Counted from the stretch's first letter, positions 35,683-45,922 are shown. The stretch is DNA of 64,000 bases from an uncultured Chlamydiales bacterium (GCA_963700985.1 OY969554.1:1440001-1504000), one strand, 5' to 3'. The notes: generated from the sequence alone by a model not told the origin. Numbers and translations: made by a program.

Positions 35683-35931
35683 TTAGTTTTGGCGAAAAGT
35701 GAGCCCTAAGGCGGTAATTATAATGAAAGCAAAAGCGGCTACCAAAGCCACTGATTCTTTAACGCTTCTTGCAGCCGTATTTTCTATGTCTAATACGATC
35801 AGTTCTAATTCTTGCTCCGCTTGCCGATTTTGATCAATTTGATTTTCCACGCCTTCCATTCGATTTAATTTAACATAAGCATCAGCTAGCAAAGCGATTG
35901 TTGCGCGAAGCCCCGCCCCAGATACTGTCAT
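35683..35931 (-). CDS. Small protein: coiled-coil plus C-terminal TM helix
   Basis: AAAGGAGG RBS before ATG 35931; ends VALVAAFAFIIITALGLTFRQN. Confidence 0.65.
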   Translation of the reverse strand: MTVSGAGLRATIALLADAYVKLNRMEGVENQIDQNRQAEQELELIVLDIENTAARSVKESVALVAAFAFIIITALGLTFRQN

Positions 35932-35983
35932 AAACAATCCTCCTTTAAAAAAAGGTGCTAAGGCTAGTTTCTCTTACGCTTTT

Positions 35984-36913
35984 TTAAAAGGGATTTTTTA
36001 GGTGCAGAGCAAGCTCCAAACGGAAAGCCTCTTTTGCTGTAAGGCGCTGCACATTGGGAAAGTTAGGCAGGCGATCGAGATGCGTTTGCAGATCGATGGC
36101 TGGTAGGTTGGGCTTGTGCAATGATAGCGGATCAAAAAGAGGCTCAACAGCTGCGTACTCATATTGGCGGATAAAATCGCGGCCATTAAATGCGCGCGCA
36201 TACTCTTCTTCGATCAACGCTTTCCAATCCCTTTCCCAGTGGTGACCCCAGCTAGCTGTTTTTTTGATCATCTCCTCTTGAGTGCGTACCCAGCTGAAAT
36301 GATGCATCAAAGGCTTCTCTAAGCTTATCTGCTGCAACTTATTGCCATTGGCACGCAGGAAATAGCCTGCGCGCTCATCAGCATCTAGAAGATGCTCGCT
36401 GGTAATTGAGCTGCGATTAACCAGAAGGCTTGTGTCAGAAAATGTGGTGGCACAAAAGCGCGCTTCTCGAAAATACCAGTAAGAAGCAAAGCGCAGCGCC
36501 GTGAAGTCAAGGTAGGGAAATTGATCGAGCCAATTGGCAAAGCGCAAACCTTCCACAATCTCATCTGCATCAAGAAACAGTATGGTCTCGATTTCAGGAG
36601 CTAAGGCATAAAATGCAACGAGTCTTGCGGTATTATGCCAATGACGCACGCCGTTTAAATCTTCAAGCGCCAAAGGTGCTGCCCGCCCATATGGCTGAGC
36701 TGGATCAAAATGGTATTCGACAAAGCAGCAATCGGAATATTTCCGATAGCACTCTTCTAAAAAAGCTAGATCTTCTACTGTTCCATCAAAAAAATGATCG
36801 CAACAGGCGATCACGATCTGTTTAGAAAAATATTTGGCTTCTTGAATGCTTCTTTCAAGAAAACGCCAGTCGTTCGAGCAAAAGCTAATCACCGTAGCTA
36901 TGTTATGTGACAT
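35984..36913 (-). CDS. Glycosyltransferase-like protein (GT-A fold)
   Basis: FLDADE DxD motif, WYFRE, HHFSWVR..WGH. Confidence 0.7.
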   Translation of the reverse strand: MSHNIATVISFCSNDWRFLERSIQEAKYFSKQIVIACCDHFFDGTVEDLAFLEECYRKYSDCCFVEYHFDPAQPYGRAAPLALEDLNGVRHWHNTARLVAFYALAPEIETILFLDADEIVEGLRFANWLDQFPYLDFTALRFASYWYFREARFCATTFSDTSLLVNRSSITSEHLLDADERAGYFLRANGNKLQQISLEKPLMHHFSWVRTQEEMIKKTASWGHHWERDWKALIEEEYARAFNGRDFIRQYEYAAVEPLFDPLSLHKPNLPAIDLQTHLDRLPNFPNVQRLTAKEAFRLELALHLKNPF

Positions 36914-37557
36914 TTTAAACGCCTTGATGCTTGATAATGTTCAATCACTACCTCTTCGTCTCCGATAAAAAAGAGATCCACGTCGAAGATTTTGCAATAG
37001 CTAACAGGCAAAGGCGCTACGCGTAGCTCGGTCGATCTTGCAATCACATCACGGAGTGCAACTTGATCCCAAAATTCATGCGTACGTTTGTGATTCTCTT
37101 GCTGCCGAGCGCACTCAGCACACCAGTTCTCAATTAAATTTTGCGCCGCTGGAGTTGCGTTGATGAAAAGGGAGCCGGAAAGCACGCGAGAAGTATGATC
37201 TTCGGAAAGAAAATCTAACGTACGCACCCCCAGGTCATAATCTAAAAAAGGAGAAAAGTCTGGCGATCTAAGAAAAGCTGCATCTGCATCAACCCAAAAG
37301 AGCGGACGCGCATGCTCACGCATCTTTTCTAATATGTAAAACGGTTTTACGGCACAATTTTTTTCCCATGATCCTTGAGAGGGCAAACCCTCTATGCAAA
37401 ACTCGAGATTCCATTTTTTGCACGAATCGATGAGCCTCTGCGCCTCTTGCTCATAAGGCGTATTCAGCGTATAAAAAGAGATGATCAGCGGAGCTTTCCT
37501 TGACAAATGCCCTCCGTTTTCGTTATGCACTTTGGTAGAGTCAGTTGTTAAACTCAC
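36898..37557 (-). CDS. Nucleotide-diphospho-sugar transferase-like protein
   Basis: ISFYT, W.KNC..KP, WVDADA, DQVAL, EHYQASR. Confidence 0.72.
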   Translation of the reverse strand: MSLTTDSTKVHNENGGHLSRKAPLIISFYTLNTPYEQEAQRLIDSCKKWNLEFCIEGLPSQGSWEKNCAVKPFYILEKMREHARPLFWVDADAAFLRSPDFSPFLDYDLGVRTLDFLSEDHTSRVLSGSLFINATPAAQNLIENWCAECARQQENHKRTHEFWDQVALRDVIARSTELRVAPLPVSYCKIFDVDLFFIGDEEVVIEHYQASRRLKCHIT

Positions 37558-37598
37558 TTCGGAGTCAAATGACTCGATAACTCTGGTTAATAAATCCT

Positions 37599-38348
37599 AT
37601 GATTCCAAATCTTCTCGCTTCTAACGTCTTCCTCTCGGCTTATTCTCAATCCGATTTTTTCGGCAAACTCATTTTTCTCGGCCTCTTCTTAATGTCAGTA
37701 GTTTGCTGGGTGGTTCTTTTGCAAAAAACTTGGGTGACGCGTCATGTGCGCAAAACCTCCGCCGCTTTTCAAATGGCAATCGAGCAGAATAAGCGCCCAC
37801 TCTTTTCTTTAGATGTTTCAGAACTACCGAAGCCTCATAACCGCGCGCTTCCTCATCCTTTTGCTCAAATATTTGCTACGCTTAAGCAAAAAGCTATCGA
37901 ATTGCTCAACAAAAACCACTTTTTTTCCACCAATAAGGAAAGTGCAGAGCCTGCGCCCGTCTATCTTTCAGCTGAGGATCTTGAGCTTTTGGAGTCACAT
38001 GTGTTGACGACCATCTCAACTCAAACAAAAACCTTAGAACGAAACCTCTTTATCCTTTCAACGATTGTAACGCTGGCTCCTTTCTTGGGTCTGCTCGGAA
38101 CGGTTTGGGGAATTCTAATCACTTTCGCCGAATTACATGGGGGCGCCTCTGCTAACTCAAATGCGGCCGTTCTTGGAGGACTCTCTACGGCTTTGGCAAC
38201 CACAGTTCTAGGCCTGGTAATTGCTATCCCGGCACTAGTCTCTTATAATTATTTAAGAAATTCGCTTCGTAACCTCTCTTCGGATATGGAAGACTTCCTC
38301 TATCTTCTGCTCTCTACTGTAGAGATCCAGTACCGTAAGGTGGAATAA
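37599..38348 (+). CDS. tolQ: TolQ/ExbB proton channel protein
   Basis: LSTIVTLAPFLGLLGTVWGI..ALATTVLGLVIAIPA; first gene of the tol-pal cluster. Confidence 0.92.
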   Translation: MIPNLLASNVFLSAYSQSDFFGKLIFLGLFLMSVVCWVVLLQKTWVTRHVRKTSAAFQMAIEQNKRPLFSLDVSELPKPHNRALPHPFAQIFATLKQKAIELLNKNHFFSTNKESAEPAPVYLSAEDLELLESHVLTTISTQTKTLERNLFILSTIVTLAPFLGLLGTVWGILITFAELHGGASANSNAAVLGGLSTALATTVLGLVIAIPALVSYNYLRNSLRNLSSDMEDFLYLLLSTVEIQYRKVE

Positions 38349-38351
38349 AAA

Positions 38352-38783
38352 ATGGCGCGCCGTAGACGAACAACATCTAAACAAGATCAGGCCGAAGATG
38401 AAGCATCGGTAAATCTTACTCCATTGATCGATGTGGTATTTGTTGTGCTCATCATGTTCATCATCATCGCTCCAATGCTGGAACTCGATCGACTTCAGTT
38501 AGCATCGGCTAGTCATAAAGACGCAAAATCGATGGCCGTCGTGCAAGAAAGCAGCCCCGTTACCATCAGAGTGAATGAAGATAATAGTATCTGGTTAAAT
38601 GGAAAGATTGTGAATAAGGAAGAGCTTTTGCCGCTTTTAAAACAGGCTAAAGCGACTCACCCTCAACGCATTCCACAACTTTTTCATGATAAGAAAGCCC
38701 AGTTTGGCACTTATCAATCTGTTAAAAATGCCGTCGAACTCGCAGGTTTCGAGCAGTTAGATATTATCTTGCAACCGGGTTAA
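38352..38783 (+). CDS. tolR: TolR/ExbD protein
   Basis: VNLTPLIDVVFVVLIMFII motif. Confidence 0.92.
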   Translation: MARRRRTTSKQDQAEDEASVNLTPLIDVVFVVLIMFIIIAPMLELDRLQLASASHKDAKSMAVVQESSPVTIRVNEDNSIWLNGKIVNKEELLPLLKQAKATHPQRIPQLFHDKKAQFGTYQSVKNAVELAGFEQLDIILQPG

Positions 38784-38786
38784 TGC

Positions 38787-39575
38787 ATGCGCAAGGATCC
38801 CGTCAAAGCCGCGATTCTTTTTACGGTGCTCGCTGCGCACTGCTTCTTCTTATTCTATATGCATGCGTTCTTTACCCCAGAAACCAAACGGCCACATAAA
38901 CCGCTGATCGTCAAAACGATGGCGGCCGCGGCGACCCCAAAAGAAAAAATCGCTGCCGCACCCGCCGCACAAGGCTCCAGCGCTCGCAAGCCAGTTAACC
39001 CAAAACCTAAAGAAAGTCCACCGCCCAAACCCGCGCCTAAAAAACCTCAGCCTACTGCGACTCCACCCCCAGCAAAAAAAACTCCTCCTATCGCAGATAA
39101 AAAACTGGTCAAAGAAAAAAAGCCTCAGCCTAAAAAACCACCTGTGGATGATAAAAGAGAGAAGATGTCCCAGAAACTTCTGCAAGAATTAGAAGAGAGT
39201 CTTTCAAAAATAGAAGCAAAACCAGAAAAAAAGAAAGGCGCTTCGAAAAAGTATGATCTCCCGAGCCCAATTGAAGCTCAAAAAAATCAGGCTTTCCCTT
39301 CTGCTTCTACAGGAGAAATGTCCGACAGTAGCGATTATCATGCCACACTGATTGGCTACCTCAAACAGACGCTCAATCTGCCCGAATATGGGGAGGTAAA
39401 GATTCAACTTACGCTAAAACAGGATGGCTCTGTTGTGAATCTTCTAGTCATAAAAACCGAAAGTGAGAAAAATAGAAGATATCTTGAAACAAGTCTTCCA
39501 CATTTGAGATTTCCTCATTTGTTGGAAAACAAGAAACAAGAAACTTTTATCGTCACATTTTGTAACGAGATCTAA
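38787..39575 (+). CDS. TolA/TonB-like protein
   Basis: N-terminal TM with His, Pro/Lys-rich linker, small C-terminal domain; lies between tolR and tolB. Confidence 0.75.
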   Translation: MRKDPVKAAILFTVLAAHCFFLFYMHAFFTPETKRPHKPLIVKTMAAAATPKEKIAAAPAAQGSSARKPVNPKPKESPPPKPAPKKPQPTATPPPAKKTPPIADKKLVKEKKPQPKKPPVDDKREKMSQKLLQELEESLSKIEAKPEKKKGASKKYDLPSPIEAQKNQAFPSASTGEMSDSSDYHATLIGYLKQTLNLPEYGEVKIQLTLKQDGSVVNLLVIKTESEKNRRYLETSLPHLRFPHLLENKKQETFIVTFCNEI

Positions 39576-39578
39576 GCC

Positions 39579-40952
39579 ATGAGAACTCTTTCACTAATAG
39601 CAATCGCAGCTCTTATAGGAACTAACTCCTATGCTGAAGCGCCTAAATCAAGCCCAGAGATTCGCGTTCAACTCTCCACAACCAGTAATTTGATTCCTAT
39701 TTATGTTGGAAAGATTGGAGGAGAAGCCGCGCTCGATAAAAATTATTTATCTCAACTCGAATCAATTCTCAATTTTGACTTAAACTACAATGGCACAACA
39801 AAAGTTCTGCCTTTCAATGAACAGAAAGAAAAAACTCTCTCTGCCAAAGATGTTAAAGATGCATTTGCCCCGAACGCATGGAAAAGTTTTGGCGTAGCTC
39901 ATGCGATCAAGCTGGTTCTCTCAGGTAAATCACTCGCAGCTTATGTCTCTTCTACTCAATCTGGTTCTCTGAAACACTTTGCGGATATTCCTTTAACTGG
40001 AGAGCTAGCTCAAGATCGCCGCCAAATGCATAAATTGGCTGACGGCATCCATAAAACTCTTTTCAATAAGGAAGGAATCGCCAGCAACCGCATTCTTTAT
40101 GCGATGCAGGTAAAAGAAACGCGCGCTGATGTTGAAAGCTGGGGCTCAGAAATTTGGGAATGCGATTGGGATGGTTCTAACGCGCATCAAATTACCCGTG
40201 AAAGCAGCTACTGCGTTACCCCTGTTTTCATTCCGCAAAATGCCAAGTTCCCAGGCGCTAGCGATCGTTTCTTATATGTGTCTTATAAACAAGGACAGCC
40301 TAAAATTTTCCTAGCTAACCTTAAAGAAGGCGTAGGCAAACGTTTAATCGATCTGCGTGGCAACCAGCTTCTTCCTGCCATTTCGTCGCAGCGCGACAAA
40401 GTCGCTTTTATCTGTGATGCAGCTGGAAGATCTGACCTCTTTTTGCAACCTTTTAATCCGCAGACAGGAGAAGTAGGTAAACCCTTTCAACTCTTTTCCT
40501 ATCCGCATTCAACTCAAGCTTCTCCCACATTTAGCCCTGATGGCACTAAAATTGCCTTTGTTTCCGATAAAGACAGACATATGCGCATCTATGTAATCCC
40601 CATCTCGGAAAGTGGAAGAAGAGCAAATCCGCACCTAATTTCCAAGCAAAACAACGAAAACTCTTGCCCGGCTTGGTCTCCTGATGGAAGAAAATTAGCC
40701 TATAGTGCTAAAACTGGTGGTGTGAGACAGATATGGATTTACGACTTCGGCACAGGCGAGGAGAGACAGCTGACTTCGGGACCTGGAAATAAAGAAAACC
40801 CTGCGTGGGCATCAGATAGTTTGCATCTCGTATTCAATTCAACTGATGCTTCCTCTTCGGAGCTTTATATCGTAAATCTAAATCAGCCAGATGCAATAAA
40901 AATTTCAAAAGGGCAAGGGAAAAAACATTATCCCACTTGGGGCCCCCGTTAA
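39579..40952 (+). CDS. tolB: Tol-Pal system protein TolB
   Basis: Signal peptide; PD40 repeats SPTFSPDGTKIAFVS, PAWSPDGRKLAYS. Confidence 0.95.
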   Translation: MRTLSLIAIAALIGTNSYAEAPKSSPEIRVQLSTTSNLIPIYVGKIGGEAALDKNYLSQLESILNFDLNYNGTTKVLPFNEQKEKTLSAKDVKDAFAPNAWKSFGVAHAIKLVLSGKSLAAYVSSTQSGSLKHFADIPLTGELAQDRRQMHKLADGIHKTLFNKEGIASNRILYAMQVKETRADVESWGSEIWECDWDGSNAHQITRESSYCVTPVFIPQNAKFPGASDRFLYVSYKQGQPKIFLANLKEGVGKRLIDLRGNQLLPAISSQRDKVAFICDAAGRSDLFLQPFNPQTGEVGKPFQLFSYPHSTQASPTFSPDGTKIAFVSDKDRHMRIYVIPISESGRRANPHLISKQNNENSCPAWSPDGRKLAYSAKTGGVRQIWIYDFGTGEERQLTSGPGNKENPAWASDSLHLVFNSTDASSSELYIVNLNQPDAIKISKGQGKKHYPTWGPR

Positions 40953-40967
40953 CTATTGAGGATCAAC

Positions 40968-41648
40968 ATGAAAACGAACTTTTTAAGAATGACATTAGCG
41001 TGCGGAATGCTCTGCACACTATTTTCTAGCTGCAGCAAAAAAAATAACTCTTGGGATGATTCTAAGTCATCTTCAAGCTATCGATATAAACATTCACAGT
41101 CGCTCTGGGGCAATGATGGCGGAGAGCAACTCGCTAGCGCTGATGAATTTGATGGACCTTCACAAGAAGATTTCATCCCTCTTCGCGATGAAGATCTAAA
41201 GTCACAGTTTGCCGATGGAGCAATCCCACAATCACGTTTCTCTCCTGGAGATGCTGGCAGTGGAATTCCTAGCATCGATCAGTTTCATGCACCAAGCGCT
41301 GATCTCGCAGCAGTCTTCCGCAACGTTTATTTCAACACAGATGATTATATCATCCGTAACTCAGACTCTTTAGCTGCGATGGAACGTATTGCCGCATACC
41401 TGAAAAGCCATCCAAACACATACGTATTTATTGAAGGCCATTGCGACGAACGTGGTCCTGAAGCGTATAACCTCTCTCTTGGCGCGCGCAGAGCAAATGC
41501 TATTCGCTCAACGCTAGTCAAAATGGGAGCTGATCTGAACCAAGTTCACACTGTATCTTATGGAAAAGAGCGTCCTGCAGACATCGGCCATAATTCAGAT
41601 GCTTGGTCGAAAAACAGACGTGCGCAATTTAAGATCTTTCAACGCTAA
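40968..41648 (+). CDS. pal: Peptidoglycan-associated lipoprotein (OmpA domain)
   Basis: Lipobox-like FSSC; IEGHCDERG..YNLSLGARRA..SYGKERP..NRR. Confidence 0.95.
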   Translation: MKTNFLRMTLACGMLCTLFSSCSKKNNSWDDSKSSSSYRYKHSQSLWGNDGGEQLASADEFDGPSQEDFIPLRDEDLKSQFADGAIPQSRFSPGDAGSGIPSIDQFHAPSADLAAVFRNVYFNTDDYIIRNSDSLAAMERIAAYLKSHPNTYVFIEGHCDERGPEAYNLSLGARRANAIRSTLVKMGADLNQVHTVSYGKERPADIGHNSDAWSKNRRAQFKIFQR

Positions 41649-42289
41649 TGCATAGAGGTTTGGCTCTTTGTCTTCTTGTTTTTTGTAGCTGCTCCTCTCG
41701 TATGACCTCGTGGAACGAGGGGAGGAGCCAGACTGACCTTGCTCTTGAAGAGTTTCGTCTTGAGTTATCCGATCTCAAGCATTCTCTCGATGGAACAAAG
41801 GTCGATCTGCAGCTTATGGATGAGAAGATCAGAGGACAAGAGTCATCCCTCAAATCACAGCTAACGACCAAGTCACAAGCCAAGGGAGCTGAACTCTCCC
41901 TTCAGCTTGCTAATCTTGAACATAAGCTTACTGAGCTCCAGAAGAATCAGGAGAAACTCAGCGCACACGCTAATCAGACAATCGCTACCTTCACCAAGCA
42001 GCAAGATAAGATCCGCGATCTCGAACAAGAGATTCAGGCACAAAATCGCCGGCTTGATGAAGTCGTTAAACTCAAAGGCACCCTCTCCTCTCTTTCTCAA
42101 GTTCTTAAAGAAAAATCTAGGGAAGAGAGCACCTTTTCTTCATCGTCTCGAAAATACAAAATCAAATCGGGCGATTCGCTCGAAAAGATTGCCAAACAGC
42201 AAGGCACCAGCGTAGATGCCATCAAAAAACTCAATGGCCTAGATTCCGATCGCATCGTCGTCGGCCAAGAGATCAAACTTCCCGAATGA
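41648..42289 (+). CDS. Coiled-coil plus LysM lipoprotein
   Basis: Lipobox-like N-terminus, long coiled coil, C-terminal YKIKSGDSLEKIAK..IKKLNGL..IVVGQEIKLP. Confidence 0.9.
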   Translation: MHRGLALCLLVFCSCSSRMTSWNEGRSQTDLALEEFRLELSDLKHSLDGTKVDLQLMDEKIRGQESSLKSQLTTKSQAKGAELSLQLANLEHKLTELQKNQEKLSAHANQTIATFTKQQDKIRDLEQEIQAQNRRLDEVVKLKGTLSSLSQVLKEKSREESTFSSSSRKYKIKSGDSLEKIAKQQGTSVDAIKKLNGLDSDRIVVGQEIKLPE

Positions 42290-43086
42290 ACGCCTTCTCA
42301 GAACAAAGCATAGGAATTTTTGACTCCGGATTCGGCGGGCTAACCGTTATGCGTGCCATTCGCACGGTATTGCCCCATGAGAATCTCACCTATTTCGGCG
42401 ACACTGCCAGACTGCCCTACGGAAACAAAAGCGCGGAAACAATTTTGCGCTACACACATGAGAATGCGCAATTTCTGCTCAGCAAAAAAATTAAGCTGCT
42501 CGTAATTGCCTGTCACACTGCCTGCGCCTACGCGCTTGAAGAGATCTCGAAAACCTTTGATGTCCCGGTGATTGGTGTCATTCCACCAGCAGTGAACCAA
42601 CTCATCCAGCTGCCAAAAAAACAGAAAGTAGCCATTTTGGGTACACGCGGAACGATCGCTTCTGGCATCTATCAATCCAAAATTCGAGAAATCCTTCCTC
42701 AAACTGAGATTCTAGCTATTGCTTGCCCACTTTTTGTGCCCCTAGTAGAAGAAGGATATACAAACCACCACATGGCCACTTTGGCTATTCGGGAATACTT
42801 GAGTCCTTTAAAAGATAAAGGCGTCGATGCGACCCTTCTGGGCTGTACGCACTATCCACTTATGGTAGGGGAAATCCAGAATGAGCTTGGAGCAAAAGTC
42901 ACTCTGATCGACCCCGGATACGCCTGTGCACGCGAAGTCGAAAAATTATTACATACGAATCATCTGTTCAACGAGCAGAAAGAAACTCCGCGCTACCAGT
43001 TTTTTGTATCCGATGATCCTGATAAGTTCCGTCAGCTTGGCCAAGCTTTCTTAGGCTGCCCAATCGAACACGTCCAATCCATTTAA
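42286..43086 (+). CDS. murI: Glutamate racemase
   Basis: IGIFDSGFGGLTV, GDTARLPYGNKS, IACHTA, LGCTHYP. Confidence 0.97.
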   Translation: MNAFSEQSIGIFDSGFGGLTVMRAIRTVLPHENLTYFGDTARLPYGNKSAETILRYTHENAQFLLSKKIKLLVIACHTACAYALEEISKTFDVPVIGVIPPAVNQLIQLPKKQKVAILGTRGTIASGIYQSKIREILPQTEILAIACPLFVPLVEEGYTNHHMATLAIREYLSPLKDKGVDATLLGCTHYPLMVGEIQNELGAKVTLIDPGYACAREVEKLLHTNHLFNEQKETPRYQFFVSDDPDKFRQLGQAFLGCPIEHVQSI

Positions 43087-43090
43087 TAAC

Positions 43091-43822
43091 TTACAGAGCG
43101 CCGTATTTCTTGCGGATCTCTTCGAAAATCGCTTCACTCTCGGCTGAGCCGCGATATCTGCCTGTTAAGGAGCCTTCTACTGCGCACCAATTATAAAGGG
43201 CTATCTCCTCATGAATATAGTGAATGTGTTGAGGAAAACGCTGAGCAATGCGCATCCAGAGATCGTAATCTTCACCTACAACATACTCCTCATTAAAAAA
43301 ACCGACTTCGTTAAATATTTCACGACGAATAGCAACTGTTGAGGCGTTGATAGGAAAGTGTATGAGCATGGTGGCGTAATAAATTTCTGGAGGAGTGATA
43401 AAACAGGCAGAAGAAACCTTTCCATCAATAACCCAGCGAAAATTTCCACATACCATGATGAGCTCTGGGCATTTTTTAAAAATTGCCACGCTTAAGGCTA
43501 GCCGCTTAGGCAGCATCTCATCATCGGCGTCTAGAAAAAAAATGAGATCTGCTTTGGCGTGCTTTATCCCAATGTTTCGTGCATAGGCAGCTCCACTATT
43601 CTCTGGCAGCTTAATATAGACCCACTCTATCGATTTCTTGCCCGATTTCTTACCAATGGTTGCTTCTATGATCTCTTCCACTGGCTCAGTAGAGCCATCA
43701 TCGACTAGAATGAGACGAAACTTCCCCTTATAGGTCTGGTTTAACACGCTTTGCAAACAGCGCTCCAGAAATCTTCCTGGATTATAGATGGGGATGATGA
43801 TATCTAATGATAGCTGCGACAT
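43091..43822 (-). CDS. Glycosyltransferase family 2
   Basis: IIIPIYN..LNQTY..VDDGS..ARNIGI..FLDADD..EDYDLW. ATG at 43822 preferred. Confidence 0.92.
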   Translation of the reverse strand: MSQLSLDIIIPIYNPGRFLERCLQSVLNQTYKGKFRLILVDDGSTEPVEEIIEATIGKKSGKKSIEWVYIKLPENSGAAYARNIGIKHAKADLIFFLDADDEMLPKRLALSVAIFKKCPELIMVCGNFRWVIDGKVSSACFITPPEIYYATMLIHFPINASTVAIRREIFNEVGFFNEEYVVGEDYDLWMRIAQRFPQHIHYIHEEIALYNWCAVEGSLTGRYRGSAESEAIFEEIRKKYGAL

Positions 43823-43902
43823 GTATGATACTTTGGTTTGACAACTCAATCTAAAGCATGATTTAATCCATATTTTCAATTTGTTTTTTTACGGATACGC
43901 AA

Positions 43903-44589
43903 ATGAGCCAGAGAAAAAGAATTCTACTAATCGAAGATGAAGAGGACATTGCAGCTCTCATCAAACTACAAGCTGAAGTACTGGGCTATAAACTGCATGT
44001 TGAAGTCGATGGCATTAATGGATATCGTGCAATTGAACGCGAGAAGCCCGATTTAGTTATCCTCGATATTATGCTTCCTGGACAAAACGGCTTCGATGTC
44101 TGCCGAAAGATCAAAAATAATCCAGAATTAAAGAATATTCCCGTGATTATCCTTACGGCTAAAGGCGAAGAGATCAACGTCATCCTCGGCCTCGAGCTAG
44201 GCGCTGATGATTACGTCGCGAAGCCCTTTTCTCCAAAAGTGCTCTTCTCGCGCATCAAAGCTGTTTTGCGACGCGGAAAAGAGCCTGAAAAAGCTTCAAA
44301 AGCAGTTGGCTTCGGAGAGTTTTCACTCGATGTAGATCGCTACCTTTTGAAACGCGCAGATAAGATACTCACCATTACACTTTCCGAATTTGGCATCTTA
44401 AAGCGCCTGCTTGCAAATCGCGGAAAGGTGCTGACACGCAATCAACTGCTCGATGATGTGCATAATGATGACGCGTTTATCGTCGATCGCAATATCGATG
44501 TGCACATCGCCTCTTTGCGTAAAAAGCTTGGGCCTAAATTTGATTGGATCGAAACTGTGCGTGGTGTGGGTTATAGATTCAGAGAGTGA
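43903..44589 (+). CDS. OmpR/PhoB family response regulator
   Basis: IEDE, DLVILDIMLP (phospho-Asp present), GADDYVAKPF, wHTH RNIDVHIASLRKKL..ETVRGVGY. Confidence 0.95.
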   Translation: MSQRKRILLIEDEEDIAALIKLQAEVLGYKLHVEVDGINGYRAIEREKPDLVILDIMLPGQNGFDVCRKIKNNPELKNIPVIILTAKGEEINVILGLELGADDYVAKPFSPKVLFSRIKAVLRRGKEPEKASKAVGFGEFSLDVDRYLLKRADKILTITLSEFGILKRLLANRGKVLTRNQLLDDVHNDDAFIVDRNIDVHIASLRKKLGPKFDWIETVRGVGYRFRE

Positions 44590-45922
44590 CAGCTTCTTTG
44601 AGCATTGCCAAACGCTTGGGATCGTTGCGAACCGTGATCTTTTTGTGCTTTGACACGCTCACCTCTCCCATCTTTTTACCACGCGTCAAAAACTTTACCT
44701 GCGTAAACGTCACATCAGCAACTTTTTCATCCTTCGCCTTACTAAAATGTAAGGCTAATAGCGCTGCATCCAAGATAGACTCTTGATCGGGCTCTTCGCG
44801 CTTTAAGGTGCGCAAGACCACATGCGAGCCGGCAAAATCCGCCACGTGCAGCCAATAGTCTAGCCCACGGGCGAAGGAGAAGGTTAGCTCTTCATTCTGT
44901 CTTGCATTCTTAGCGACATAGATGATCAAACCTTTCTGAGATATATACTCACGGAAAGGATGGCTTTTTTTCTCAGGCTTAACTTTGGCAATGAGTTTTT
45001 CTTCAGATTGAGGGAATATCTGATCCGTTTCCAAAGAGTTTAGCTGAGCTTGGAGGCGCATGAGCTGATCCTTAGCTTTATCTATGAAACGCTCGAGATA
45101 GGGAAGGCTCGCTTTAAGCTTGCGCGCACGCGTAAACTGACGCTTGAGTTGCATACTAACTTCTAAATTGGGATCGAGCTTAATTGTACGCATTTCACCT
45201 GTTTCCCAGTCTTCAAGCGCAATCTCTTTCATGCCCTTTTTAAGCTGAAAATAATTGCTTTGCAAAAGCTTGGCTTCATGTTCTTTTTCAGCCCAAGCTT
45301 CGGCTTCAATTTTTTGCGCTTGTAGCTGTGTGATGTGCTTCTCTTGCTTTTTAATCTGTTTATGCAGGGCTGCGCGTGCTACTTCAAGCAGTTCATCTTT
45401 ACGCGCCGCCTGTTCTTTTTGGACATAAGTCACACTTACGTTTTCGCTTGAACATGCAATCGGCGTAGAATCGTGGGCGAAAGCCCGCTCTGGGATTTTG
45501 TATTCCGTGAGCTGAGACTTTCGAAGTGAAGTGAGAATTTTTTGATTCTCACTCAAGAGATAGAGATTCGCATGGCGAGGAATCAGCTCAAGCAAGAGCA
45601 TAAAATGCAGCTTATCTCGTTCAAAATGCAGTGCAAAAATGCGATCCTCTTGCAAAAGCTCAGCCTTTATCACTTCTGCATTTTGAAGCAGCTTCGTTAT
45701 CTCCCGAGTAAACGGTGTCTCTTTTCCCTTTTCGGATAAGGCCAGATGGAAACGCTCGAAGGGATGTTTTATAGAAAAAAGCAGCTGCTGGCGCTCATTG
45801 CCCTTTTTGAAGAAAATTAGAAATTTTCCAGGAAATAACTCAAGCATTTCGACAAAAATAAAAGCAGAGAGTTCCCGGTTAACCTCCTGGCCTAGCGAAA
45901 CCATCTCAGCATATGAAAGCAT
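44579..45922 (-). CDS. NFACT family protein (RqcH/FbpA-like)
   Basis: QEDRIF..ELIPRHANLYL (NFACT-N), coiled coil, KNARQNEELT..WLHV..GSHVV..ALLALHFSKA (NFACT-R). Confidence 0.88.
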   Translation of the reverse strand: MLSYAEMVSLGQEVNRELSAFIFVEMLELFPGKFLIFFKKGNERQQLLFSIKHPFERFHLALSEKGKETPFTREITKLLQNAEVIKAELLQEDRIFALHFERDKLHFMLLLELIPRHANLYLLSENQKILTSLRKSQLTEYKIPERAFAHDSTPIACSSENVSVTYVQKEQAARKDELLEVARAALHKQIKKQEKHITQLQAQKIEAEAWAEKEHEAKLLQSNYFQLKKGMKEIALEDWETGEMRTIKLDPNLEVSMQLKRQFTRARKLKASLPYLERFIDKAKDQLMRLQAQLNSLETDQIFPQSEEKLIAKVKPEKKSHPFREYISQKGLIIYVAKNARQNEELTFSFARGLDYWLHVADFAGSHVVLRTLKREEPDQESILDAALLALHFSKAKDEKVADVTFTQVKFLTRGKKMGEVSVSKHKKITVRNDPKRLAMLKEAVTL

